Source of the DNA: Raillietiella orientalis
Taxonomy: Eukaryota
Direction: 5' to 3'
Assembly: GCA_036172245.1 (NCBI GenBank)
Contig: JAYWIR010000002.1
Location: forward strand, 4,774,001 to 4,838,000
Length of the DNA stretch: 64,000 nucleotides
In this document: piece after piece, positions 15,101-27,710 of the stretch
Position numbering within the stretch: position 1 is the first letter of the stretch
How the letters are laid out: each line of letters opens with the position of its first letter
Program-made: the position numbers and the translations under genes
The notes under the pieces: model-generated
What the model was told of the DNA's origin: nothing
The model's input: the letters and a program-made list of their open reading frames with translations, nothing else
The model's database searches: none

Positions 15101-16831
15101 CATGCAAATTCGAAATATTCATCTATGATTAAGACGTTTAACGTATTAACTGGAAATCAAGCCCTTGCATATTGAATACTATGCAGCTTCCGGAAGAACT
15201 CGATATGTACCTCAAAGACGGCAAATCTAAAACTGTATTCGTCCCATCTTTGATTTCAAAATTCAATTTATTCAAAATTTCAAATTATATTTAGTTCATC
15301 ACATACTTAAGGATACTCCTTTCTTCATATTTAACTCGTGCAATAACTCATGTAATTAATCTAAAAATTCATCGCAGCAATTTTTCCTACTGATCGGTAT
15401 TTAAACAACTCAAATCCCTCAACTACAAGGCAGGCATCTACAAAATCCTGCACTTAACGATGCTTACTTGGTTTGATTCAAGAATATTCATGAAAAATCC
15501 GTTTCTAACTTTCTAATATAAATCTACCCACACTCGGAAGATTATCTTTTAAAAATTATACCATCAGTCGATTTGCAGATCGAATTTCCAGGCTTGATTA
15601 ACAATCAGTATGATATTCCAAATGGAAGAGTGTACGTGTCTTCGTTTCGGTTCCATGTTTAAAAGTCACATTTAAATCTCCTATTTTCCTTAATCCACTA
15701 TACAGCGAAAGTCTTAGATAATCTGAACGTTTATATGATAAAAGCCAAGATCAGCTATTCTAGTCAAGATCTGATTATGTTGCGAAATGCCCTGTACTTT
15801 TTGTGAGTGTATTTTATTACTAACATATGCTGAGCAAACCATTTTAAAAGTGGCAATTTAACAATTATTTATTCACTTCATTACTCGCAGTACGTGTCCT
15901 CGTGGTTTCGTATTGTCATTAACTGCAGCCTCCAATGCGTTCATCATCATCAAACTCTACAGAATATCAGCGAACAAAGGAAATAATGCTAAAGTATTTT
16001 GAATGTCAGTTTTGTATTCACTGATTCAGCGGGATATTTTATGATAGATTGTTTGGATGGATGACAACGGTTTGAACTCACTTGATTATAGCAGTCGCTG
16101 TTTTCAGTTGGATATTTTGAATGCTTTGCGTGTAGGGTAACCCTAACTTTTTTCTATTTAAAAAAATAGAAAAAAAAGTGATCGCATTCGAAAACTGCAG
16201 AGTGTCTGCAATGATTAATGATAAATTTCAGAAATATTCATTACTTATGGATAGAATATCGATATGAATAAGATGATAAAGTATCATAAATGCTGTTTTT
16301 TTTTTTTTTTTTTTGAAAACTGGGAAAAGAAAATACAAGACTATAATCGTGATCACTCACCTAAACTTGTCAAATGTAATGCTCCGTATTACGAGCTTTG
16401 TGTGATTTGTGATTGCTCTTCATTTTTGCAAATTAGGTTAGGTCAAAAAGAAACGATTTAGTTTTCCGTTAATGTATGTACATTCGATTCCTGATGGTTA
16501 TCATCGAAGATTCAGAAATGAAAACACTTCAAGAAATATAAATATTTGCATGTTTGGCATGTTTATGTTATTTTCCTGTCGTCCTCAGGAAAAGATTTCT
16601 GCATTATGATCGAGGACTTTCAATTTTTACTTAACTTTATCATGAGAAGGTTTCGTAGAGGTCTGTTTCTTCTGATGGAACATGAGTACTGCATTCCAAA
16701 TTGATAAATCATTACACATTATATCACGCAGCACTTACTTTTTGCTTCTGTAGATGCAAGTTCCAACCCGATTCAGAAAATGATTCACAGGCGACGATAA
16801 CATACTATACAAACATATATCACAGTCTTTG

Positions 16832-17015
16832 AAAATCCTCTCAAATCTCATCTTCAAAACAGCTGTTGGTTCAATTTATGTTGAGGCATTCACATTACAG
16901 TGAAAGTTCTATCAGGTTTCATTAAAATCCTCTCAAATCTCATCTTCAAAACAGCTGTTGGTTCAATTTATGTTGAGGCATTCACATAACAGTGAAAGTT
17001 CTATCAGGTTTCATT
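16832..17015. repeat. Tandem duplication, 2 x 92 bp
   Basis: Unit aaaatcctctcaaatctcatc...ctatcaggtttcatt at 16832-16923 and 16924-17015, with one substitution (cacatTac vs cacatAac). Confidence 0.95.
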
Positions 17016-17091
17016 AATAGTCTCTGTGTTGCATCGTGCATATTTACTTATACATAAATACCCACAAATAGAACACCCATCAGAGTATTTT

Positions 17092-17850
17092 GGAGCCCGC
17101 GTTGGAGGCCGTGTGACTGCGGTCTCTGCACGTGGCACCAAGCTCTGAGGGTTCGAAGACCCGTAAAGGATCACCCTCCGGAGAAATGGGTGCGTCAAGG
17201 TTCGAGTTGGCCCTGAAAGATAATGCTGGTTGACCTATATTCGGGAGCGGCACTGGCGTGGAACCGGGAACTGGACGCCACCGAAGAGTGGCCGGGATTT
17301 GGAAGTTTACCTTCCGTAGTCCTAGGAATCATGGAATCGGTTCCATCCGGAGTTCCCCTCCGGTTGCGAAAATGGAGCCGTCCTCGCCCCCCCCTCGGGG
17401 GGGGAACCTCCATCACGTATCATGGAGGTGGCGGATTGATGCCTCTCCAGAGTGTGAAGTGCGCTGCTCCCTTCGGAAGAGACGCTTCAGAGAAAATTTA
17501 GAAGCGTCCCTTCGGGAGTCGCTTCAGAGGAGTAACAGGGAGAAGAAATTTCAGGAGCGGATCCTTTCCGGATTCCCTTCGAAGAAGAAGCAGGTGGGGG
17601 GTCCTTCCGGAGGAAATAAGGAAGAGGTTCCCTTGGGAATTCCCTGCCAAGAGTGAGAGGAACGGAATCCTTCTCTGGGGCCCTTCCTGGATTCATGGTG
17701 TGGTTCCTACCTGGGGTACCCCCTCACTTGAAGAGTTACTACACGCACACTCGGATGGCGTGGAACAGTATCAAAGAGCTTCGTGAGCTGTGAGGCAAAC
17801 GGTTCTTGAGTACTTAACGGACCAAAAAAAAACTGAAAAAAAAAAAAAGC
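17092..17850 (+). mobile_element. tRNA-headed SINE-like retroposon (copy 1), ~760 bp, ending in an A-rich tail
   Basis: GC-rich island in AT-rich DNA. It begins gcccgcgttggaggccgtgtgactg...gagggttcgaag (A/B-box-like) and is colinear with 63578-64000 (shared blocks gagaaatggg, agttcccctcc-gttg-aaaatggagccgt, gatgcctctccagagtg, gctcccttcgg, cagagaaaat, agaagcgtc). Oligo-A runs at 17824-17848. Confidence 0.65.
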
Positions 17851-20118
17851 TGGAAAGACAAAAGAAAAAAGCCTAAAGGATTTCCATCGTCCTAGGCCAA
17901 ATGGTAATGATCTCCCAGGAAGAATGCTACTGGACTTTTTAAAAAAAATGAAGAATCATGATATTTTGTGCTTCACCACTGAATTGCACTTTGCTTGTTC
18001 TCTGAACCTCTAGGAAAAAACGGGAAATTAATATTTGAATATGAGCGCTTGGTCCGTAGTGGCAAAATGCAGTGCTAGCGAATTTCAGAGATGGAACACT
18101 ACGATTGTATAAAATAGTATTTCCTTCATAGCATAAGAGCTTATAGTACAAGTGAAGAATAAAGAAAGTATTTGCGTCGTTCATCAAGCATACATGATTT
18201 CGATTCAGCTATGTAATCATCGTTTCAAATAGAACATGTCCTAGCTTTTTTGAAAAAAATTAAGAATTTGTATTTCAAGATTTATGTAATGTAGGGCCAC
18301 TCTAGATTCTCGTATACAAAATATGTGTGTACCTACATCAGTAACGCAATGAAGGATTAAAAGTTGACAACTGATAAGAACGTAGTAATCCAAACATTAC
18401 ATACTTCATAGTAAAAACTTTCATAACAGGTTGTTTTCTGCTGATGGTGAAAATATCTATAAGAACCTTTCGGATGCGGAACCTTCAAATAACAAGTGGA
18501 AATGGCACACCAATAATGTAATACAGGCAGAGCTTCCAAGGGCCTCCAAGCATTTAAATTACGATGAATGGATCAGTTAAAACCAGAGTTGAAGAGTGAG
18601 TATCTTTCTGCATTGATTCCTATAACAATTATTTGTATATGTCTAATGCGAGGAAACCATAGTCCAAGACTTTTTTTTAATGAAAAAGCAAATATGCTTG
18701 ATGAAAGCAAGTATACATTAAAACAATGTATAAAAGGGACCATAAAACAAATCTAATCAAAGACATAAAAGAATATAAATATGAGGACCTTGATGTTGGG
18801 TGCCTAACAGCTGAAACTTCCAGATTTCTTTTTAAAAGTTGAAGAAATAATACTTTGGAATTGTTTTTCGTTTTCTGCAACCGTCGTGTTGCATTACAAA
18901 CTTGGCCATCTAAGCATCTATCACTGAAACAGATCTTGAATTAATGCTGACGGGATTTTGTAAGGATTCTCGAGTTTGGTGGTCATTGCACCTATTGTGG
19001 CTTTTTGCTGTTATGAATCCTCAGCACCACGATTTGTGGTCTTCCATTTGACTAATGAAATGTCTTCCATTTTTGCTTTGTTTTAGGATATCGTTTTGCC
19101 AACAGGAACTAAATTCTACCATCTTGCAATGTTGTGGTTGCAGTGGGGGATCCTAAAAGCCATTCAAAGTTCTTAAACGGATTCTTCGAGAGAAAATGAA
19201 TTTCACGAAAGTCAAAGATGGAATTTTTGAACGTGGACTTTCCGAGTGCTCCTCGCCAGTGGGAATGAAACATCCCATCTTCATTACGATACATAAATTC
19301 AAGCTTTATTATTTCTAATCCATGTCTTACTTTAGTGCCTCCGTTTCTTGCAGACACGTTTCCCTTTTTTCCATTTCAAGATGTATTTGTGCGTGGCATG
19401 TGATGGCAAAAAATAAGAATCGAATTCGAATTAAAACATCGCTTTGTACTCAGTGAAGTGTATGCGAGTAGTGGAGGAGTACGTTGGTGATAACGGCGTG
19501 CAAATGAAAGTACATATTCCACGTTTAAACAATTAGGTTTTTTTGAAGAGAAAAAAAAAAATCAAATTACTCACTATGTATATGATGAAATGAAACTCAT
19601 TTAAGGAATGAGATATTCAGAGACATGACTGTTGTATAAATTGGTTGCAAATGCTCTTTTGTAATTTCTAATAGCATTAGTCACATGCGTGGTGTTCAAG
19701 GATGCGGGATGTTCGTGGTGAAATTAAACATTTCAATTTTAAACTCAGAGAATTCAAAAATATTGGAAAAACGATCAGTGGATCTTGTATTGATTCCTGA
19801 AAAGCTTGCTGGGCATTTTTGTGCTTCGAACAAACTAGACGTATCGATACATTATAGGTTTTGTTAGACGGAAGGATTGCAAAATTCATCTTGTGTTGAA
19901 AGTTTAATTTCGGATTAAGTTTCAAGTAGAGTTTAAATTAATATGAAGAAAATACTGCTTCCCCCATATACAAGCAAGTATAAAATGTTTAAATTTCAGC
20001 CCGAAAGTAATTTATTGTTAATTTAGTGTACCTGAAATGCAGGAAAGTTTTTATCTTGCATTTGCTGTCCAGACAGCCACTTTTGGGCATCAGTGTAAGA
20101 GTTTCTAGTCCATAAAGA

Positions 20119-23100
20119 ATGTCTGCTCGATGCTCAGGTGGGATGCATGAAAAATTTGATCCTGTGCCATCTACATGTGTTTCCATATCTGATTGCAAAG
20201 CAGATATATCTTTTCCTGGTCTTTCATCTCTTAAGGATGCAAAGTTACATTACCTGCCATCTCAAAATGGTGATTCTATGTCTAGTGATGATTCATCTGT
20301 GGTAACAGACTATGAAAATGATATTAATCATGATATTGATCCTGAGAGTGAGAGTGCTGATGACAACATTTGTGATAATCATTGTTGTGATGAAAGTGAA
20401 TGTTCAGAAAACTGCGAACGCAGTGTCATGGTAAGTCATAAAACTTCTTGCGAATTTGCCTATGGATATGCTTTATTGCATGTGTGTGCATGTGTGGTGT
20501 TTTTCCTTTTTTCTCCATATTTCCCCATTTTAAATCCGGTTCAAGTGTTTTATTATTAGTGCCTTCCTCCTATTCGTGTCATGATACAGAAATGAATTCA
20601 GAATGACGATTTAATTCAACCAACCAACTTTAGCCATGCTAGTCAGAATTGATTGCCTTTTAGAAGTTGACATAAATGCAGGATATCCAGTTACAGATGG
20701 AATCTCTCTCATACTACAGGAATGCTTTGGTCAGAATCTATGAAAAAAAATGCGCTTATTGCGGGAGAGAGTGCCCGATAAACAATATGGGTGCATTGCT
20801 AATGACTCGATTCTACTCAAAAGTTAAACAGTGACAGTTTTTACAGAACTCTTTCAAAAAAGAATGGGTGACGTTATCCGTATTATATTGTAAGCAAATG
20901 TGATTCTAATGACACGAAGTAGGAATCAGTTTCATTTTAACATGTGAGCTTATGAGTTCAGTGTGCAGTTTAGTAGTTGATTGTAATACATTTTTATAGT
21001 CCAGTATATAGGATTGAACATTCCATACATGTGCAAATCATTGAAATTCATTCTGCTTTTGGGTGGCAAATAAATGGCACATGAACCATTATTTGATTAG
21101 GTATCATGCATAATTTTGAAAGATTTTAAGAACCATCATTTAAAGAAGTTTCTCTAGTTACACAGAATTATCTTTGAGTACTATATCCTATTCAACCTGT
21201 TTCTTTGTGTTACTTTGATTTGAAGTTAAATATCTCCTGTAGTTTTAGTAAGGTTTTTATGACATTTAGCTGAATCCTAATTTCCCCAGAATTAAGGTTT
21301 TTGAATAGCTTATTGTTTTTGCCTTGTGCTTTTCATGCATTTAGGTTTCTTAGCATGAAGTAACTAGCCAACTGTCTCAAGTCAAGTTTGGGCACAACAT
21401 CTCCATACAAGCACATACTGTAATGATGCTACCAAAGCATACATCCAATTGATATAATTGCATGTCCGTTTAAGTTTTGATGACACTTTAAGTATTGTTA
21501 ATTGCATTTTTTGTAAGAAATCTGGTGCTAAAATTTTCAAGGTTTCAAGTGTTTGTCAGATCCTGATTTCTAGTAAATTTCTAATATGAATTTAATCGTT
21601 TTTTCTTATTGTTTTCCTCCTTGGTTTACTTTCTGATCTTAATTCCATTTAGAATTGATTAGTTTTCAATGGCTTTTATGTAATTTTTTATAATTACAGC
21701 TTTGCATATTCACAAAATGTACAATGCATTTCAGAGATTGAAAAATACAGAATTTTTAAGTCTTGAAAATTTATCTCAGCAATCCGCAAAATGAAAAGTT
21801 GTACTGGATCGTTCAAAAGCTTTTTTGACTTTTGTTCAGATTTATTCCAAAGAATTTATCTTTTCCACCAACTTATTTTCAAACTTCATTTTAGAAATTT
21901 ATTGAATATTCTTGTTGAAAGAAGTGTAAGGATTTTTTTTTTGAACTGTGATTGTGTCTTTGAATGCTGAGCATTTTCCTTGTAAAAAAGCTTGTCAGTT
22001 TATTACATAGTAAAAATGTGCACCATATTTACTGCTGTACTATTTGATGGTAATTGCGAGTCTGTTTTTCTCATAATTCCTCAATGTACTGTAAAGTTCT
22101 CTTACTAATCAACCTATCTTTAAGGTGAAACGTAAGCAGGAATTATTTCATCATGCTGATGATTTGTGTGGCAAAAAATGGAGATGCATCCCCTCTCCCT
22201 ATTAGTGAGTACTTCATACTTTTCTTCTCATTTTCAAATCTACACTTCCAGTGATTTAAACATCAAAAATCAAGAAAGAAGCAAATCAGTTCACTCTTGT
22301 GTTAATGAAAGTTGCTCAGCACATTTGGCTGCTGATTTGAAGAATTGGTTAGCTATGTTTGAGGTAAAGCACTTCTTTCATGAGCTTTTCACTTGTATTT
22401 GATGGATTAGAAATGGAGTCACAATGAACGATTGATTGCATTGGATTATCTCATTGATAGCTGTGAACTGCCACAAGTCAGACACATGATGCAAGTCATT
22501 GAACCCCACTTTCAGAGAGATTTCATATCCCTTCTTCCTAAAGAGGTAATGGCAAAAATTTGATTTATTTAGACTATTTGTTTGTTAGCTGGCACTTTAT
22601 GTCCTGAGTTTTCTAAAACCCTGCGATCTGTTGCGTGCTGCCCAGACCTGCCAGTATTGGCGACTTTTAGCTGAAGACAATCTTTTATGGCGGGAGAAAT
22701 GCCAAGAAGCAGGTTTAACTGACTTGAATGAAGTGGCGCTCCGCAAAAAACTACATTCCTCACAGACCTCTTTGTGGAAAGTAGCATTTCTTCATGAGTG
22801 CAATGTGGAAGCCAACTGGCGTAGCAGACCTTTGAAAATGCCCTTAGTCCTGAAAGGTCATGATGACCATGTGATCACTTGTTTACAATTTTCGGGTAAT
22901 TGGATTGTCAGTGGCTCAGATGACAATACCCTTAAAGTATGGTCTGCACTGACTGGCAGGTGTTTGCGAACATTAGTGGGCCACACTGGTGGTGTGTGGT
23001 CTTCTCAAATGAATGGTAGTTTGGTTGTCAGTGGAAGTACAGACCGTACCCTCAAAGTCTGGGATGCAGAAAGTGGAGAGTGTCTGTATACATTGTATGG

Positions 23101-23848
23101 ACACACCTCCACTGTACGCTGTATGCATCTCCATGATAAGCATGTAGTGAGTGGATCTAGGGATGCTACTTTGCGAATGTGGGATGTAACTACTGGAGAA
23201 TGCATGCATGTTTTGGTGGGACATCTTGCAGCTGTGCGCTGTGTACAGTATGATGGTCATCTTGTAGTGAGTGGTGCTTACGATTACACTGTGAAGGTAT
23301 GGCGACCTGAACAAGAAGAGTGCCTGTACACCCTACAAGGACACACTAATCGTGTGTATTCACTACAATTTGATGGCCGTTATGTAGTGAGTGGGTCTTT
23401 GGATACAAGTATAAGAGTCTGGGAAGCAAGCACAGGAGTATGTCGACATACGTTAGTGGGTCACCAGTCTCTTACTTCTGGTATGGAGCTCAAAGACAAT
23501 ATTCTCGTGTCAGGAAATGCTGACTCAACTGTAAAAGTGTGGGATATTCAAACAGGACAATGTTTGCAAACATTATCTGGCCCTAACAAACATCAGTCAG
23601 CTGTTACGTGCCTGCAATTCAACAAAAAATTTGTTATAACATCGTCAGATGATGGTACTGTGAAATTGTGGGATGTACGTACTGGTGAATTTGTACGAAA
23701 TCTTGTGACATTGGAATCTGGTGGCAGTGGTGGAGTTGTCTGGCGCATCAAAGCAAACCATACAAAATTGATATGTGCTGTGGGTAGCCGAAACGGAACC
23801 GAGGAGACCAAATTACTTGTTTTAGATTTTGATACTGATCTTTACTAA
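20119..23848 (+). CDS. FBXW7: F-box/WD repeat-containing protein 7 (archipelago/SEL-10 orthologue), ~632 aa
   Basis: Exons 20119-20430 (acidic N-terminus; least certain), 22125-22204 (VKRKQE..GKK), 22252-22363, 22411-22545 (dimerisation domain, QVRHMMQVIEPHFQRDFISLLPKE), 22589-23848 (F-box LALYVLSFL..AAQTCQYWR, then WD40 repeats from LKGHDDHVITCLQF to SRNGTEETKLLVLDFD). AATAAA lies just after the stop. Confidence 0.96.
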
Positions 23849-26152
23849 AGACGTAAAATAAATTTTTATATTATGCCTTACATGGTGTAGATGTTGAAGA
23901 CTGGATTAATTCTTTCATGTTCACTTTTCGAATTACCATATTAGTATCGTAACGATTTTAACTTACGATTTAAAGCACGAAATCATAGTATTAGAGCAAC
24001 GTAATATGGAATTGAATAATACACAAATGACTATTCATTCGGAACACAAAGTCCAAGTGTCTTGATACTTTGCTGTATACATGTCCTGTTCTGTCCTTTG
24101 CTACGTACATCAACCCAATATGCAATGAACGTTACTGTATTCTGCAATGATTTTTCGATAAGTCGATTTTTCGATTTTTTCGACAAAAGGTATGCTGAAG
24201 CAGCCGTGTTCCCGTAAATTTACAATTAAATCCCAAAAATGGCTGTCCAAAAGATTGTAACGGCAGCACTGGAACTCGAACGAGAATTATTAATGGGTTA
24301 GCGAATAAAGCTATGGTTTGTGTTGTTGGCAGCTTCGAATTCGTGTCAGCCGAACGCGGTGAACGTGAAGTGTAAAGCAAAAGCTGGGAAGTATCAAAAC
24401 CGAGCAGCGTTAGCGTGCAGCAGTGTATTCGTAATTTTTTTTTTCTTTCTTCTTCTTCACAGTAATGCTCGCTGTACTGACAAAATTTCGTACCTCTTTA
24501 GACACAAGGCAAATCGAGTGATTTAGAATGTGGTGCACTGTGAATCAGTCGATGCTTTTCATCTTGGAAGACGTCTTCCAGCAGGCGCGTAGGAGTGTTT
24601 ACTCTGACCATCGTTGGTTATAATGGAATGCATCATACTTTGTGAAAGGGTGTTCATCTGAAATCTGGTTTACCGAGAACCAATCTGTGAAGCTATGGAC
24701 AGAATGATTGCAGTAGCCGAAAATGAAACCGGACATTGAGACTCCTGACTAGATTTTTCTTCTTCTTCTTTGTGGAGTGAAACAAACGTCTCTGTGAATT
24801 TGAATTGTGCGCTACGGTTCCTCTGTTACCGCCCAAACCACCTTTCAAGAACCTATGATGAAGACCTAGGAAACGAGAAGATCTGCATCCGGTCATCTTG
24901 TACCGTGATACTTACATTGAGCTCCTTTTCGGATCAAATCAAAATAGATACCTTTTAGCTATTTTTATTTATAATCCTGAATGTTTGAATGCAGACCCAA
25001 ACATTGGTATGTCGATGTAGTAAAGAGCTTTCAAATTTACAATTTGATTAATTCCTCCAATTGATACAAATGATGTATCATAAAGAAACTTGACACTTTT
25101 GTGATAACGAGCGATTCCAAATGAAGTCACACTTGAGCACTTCCTTGTGCAAGCGATCTGCATCATGGTGAACAAATGCATGATATTGAAAAGATTTTTT
25201 TTGTTTGCAGCTTAAGAAAGGCTGCAAACAAAATTGGTAGGAATGGTTCTGTAGACAGGACAGCAGTATGCTCATGTATGCTTGCTTATGATTGTGTCGA
25301 TTTTGCATGCAGCTCTAGGAGCACATTGCTTTAAGACCTTCAGTTATTCGTTTCCTGTCTTCATGGATATTTAGGGAGTTATTTGAAAGACTTGGAGCTC
25401 TAAAGGAGTACATTCGTCCAGTTTTTATCAACAGATCTTGAGGGTCATGAATGGGAGTTCCAAGCTGCAGTCACTGTTCAAGTAAAGTTTTGAAGACTCT
25501 GGGTTATGAAAATTTTTTGGGAGATATCTGGTATGTACTCTAAAATATTGTTAGTCGGAATTCTTACACTGCTGCCCATGGTCCGCCACATTCTCCCAGA
25601 ATCTCCACCGCCCATAGGGGCTAGAGGTGCGTCGTTCGTTCTCGAACGGGTCAAAAAGAACGAATCCTTCAGTTGCTCTACTGAACGCCAACGTTCGCGG
25701 TGAAGAACTGTAGTTCGCACGAACAGCATTCCTGACGACCCTCACCCCCTACATAACTGCACAACAAAACAAGTTGACCAGGATGAAAGCGTTAAGCCCT
25801 AGAAAGGTCTTCGCAGACCCTTGGAGGTCCTTTTTGAGAGAGAAACTGCTTCCGCGCCATCTAAGAGTCCCGAGTAGTTGTGTTGCAATGCGTGGGAACA
25901 TGGGTAGACGTGAAATGGGGTGAGCGACGAGATCAGAGGAATAATTACTGGGCCCATAGGGGTGACGCAGGGCAGGCGAAGGAGACTGCTTCCTGCGGCG
26001 TCTGGACGCGTTTGTACATCACGCAGCGCCAACAGATACATGTCAATTCCCCAGCCATAAAAGACACTTCGCTTCTTTAGTTCGAATAGCTCAATAGTTA
26101 CCGAGCAAGGCTATGGTTCACTTAGTTCGAGAAAGAGTGAGCTGCTGCAACT

Positions 26153-27710
26153 CAGAGCTGTGTCCATCCGACACTCGCTGACCGGTCATTCGGTTGACTC
26201 GCTCTCCGGTGTTTACTTCGATTTCGTTCGGTCGTTCGGCAACTACCCGCACGGTTAGCTCGTTCGACCTGTGAGCTTCTTGCGTCGAGATTTTACAGCC
26301 GGATATATTTGGAGGTTTTTTTTTGTGGCACTTACATTCCATTTTTAATGTTTTTAATAATCAAGTGCTCAGCCATGTTAAACGGAATCAAACTGATATC
26401 ATGGTATTGAGATCCGAGTAGTCGTCTTTCTAAATATTTTTAATCACGTTTCACATCTGTTTGCAGCATCCGGCTGCAATCTGTAAATTGGTTAGCAAGC
26501 TTCTCCTGGAATTTTATTACTGAAACTGTTTGGTGAATGAGAGAAGAGGGCATATTTTCGATTTTTTATATGCAATTTCTGTGTAGCAAAATTATCATTT
26601 TCAGCCACTAAGGAGGAGAAAACGAGTGACATGAAGTACCATTTCTCGTTCGATGACGACTCAAAAAAGGAGAAATGTCGGTACGGCAAGAACACAATCA
26701 ATGCAACTGGAGGCAGGCAGCGTTGGGAATCTGTTTCGACACTTGCAAATTAAGCATCCCTTGACCAGAGTAACACTACTCGGAAAAGTGCATCAGCCAT
26801 CCATCCCAAGAACACGGGTTTCTTTTTCTTCCCCATCTGATGCAGAGCCTTCTACTGTCACCTCGACACCGGACAAGGAAGTCGCAGAAATATTCGGTGA
26901 ACATATTTTATCTGAGCTTTTCACCTCCAGTGCAGAGCTCTTCAGACAGAGCTCAACAGACAATCATTTATAACATCCTTTATAGACACTGTAAAGCAGT
27001 CCCAGTTAGAAAAAATATCGATAATCAACTTGTGAAAATGATGCGTAAGGAATTCAGTGCATCTTCCTTGGTGGAAGATGTTGAATTTAAGAACTCCAGT
27101 CAGTTCTTTCAAATCCAGCATCAGTTGCCATCTCGAAGAACTTCATTTCAAACAGCCTTGTCCCCAGTTTGCACGCAGAAACGAAAAGAGAGCTATTTGC
27201 TTCTGCTATTTGCTTGACCACAGATGGGCAGATCTCTCTAAAGAACACAAGTTTTCTGGCACTCGCTGCGCTCCCTTTTGTGCTGACCAGCCCAGAGTCC
27301 TGTTTTCAATCCTGTCTTCTACGCTGTTCAGAGTTTGCCGGGAAGCATGCAGCAGAAGAAACGTCTTTTGACTGCTGACCACCACCTCCGAGTGGAGTAT
27401 CAGAAATGAAATTACAGCAATCGTAACCGGCAATGCAGCAAATACGATTGCTGCTGTTCGTCTGTACAAGTGGCGGCACATGCCATGTTCTGCTCACTTC
27501 CTGAATTTGGTTGCTCGGAATGGTTTGTTGGAAATCGATGATGTCATTTGCAAAGTAAAAGCTGTGTTTCTGCACTTTAAACAAAGCGCTCATGCTTCAA
27601 GCGAACTGGAGCAAATGCAAAAGCAAATTCGTTTAGCTCAACTTCAACTGGAGCAAGATGTGATAACAAGATGGAACTCCATACACACTATGTGAGATTA
27701 ATTCTCCATT
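26153..27710 (+). mobile_element. Decayed hAT-superfamily DNA transposon (ZBED-type transposase pseudogene, 3'-truncated)
   Basis: Frameshifted fragments in the canonical order from ~26600: BED finger (KTSDMKYHF..KC..NLFRHLQIKHP), SLVEDVEFK..LPSRRT, ICLTTDG (first catalytic D), IVTGNAAN (second D mutated), PCSAHFLNL (CxxH), QDVITRWNS. Candidate left end cagagctg at 26153, followed by gttcg-rich subterminal repeats. No C-terminal dimerisation domain or right TIR seen. Confidence 0.88.

Noticed and set aside
22973..23811. Antisense ORFs over FBXW7 (and similar ones over DNAJA3, SLX4, TNPO3)
   Set aside because: Shadow frames of real coding exons.
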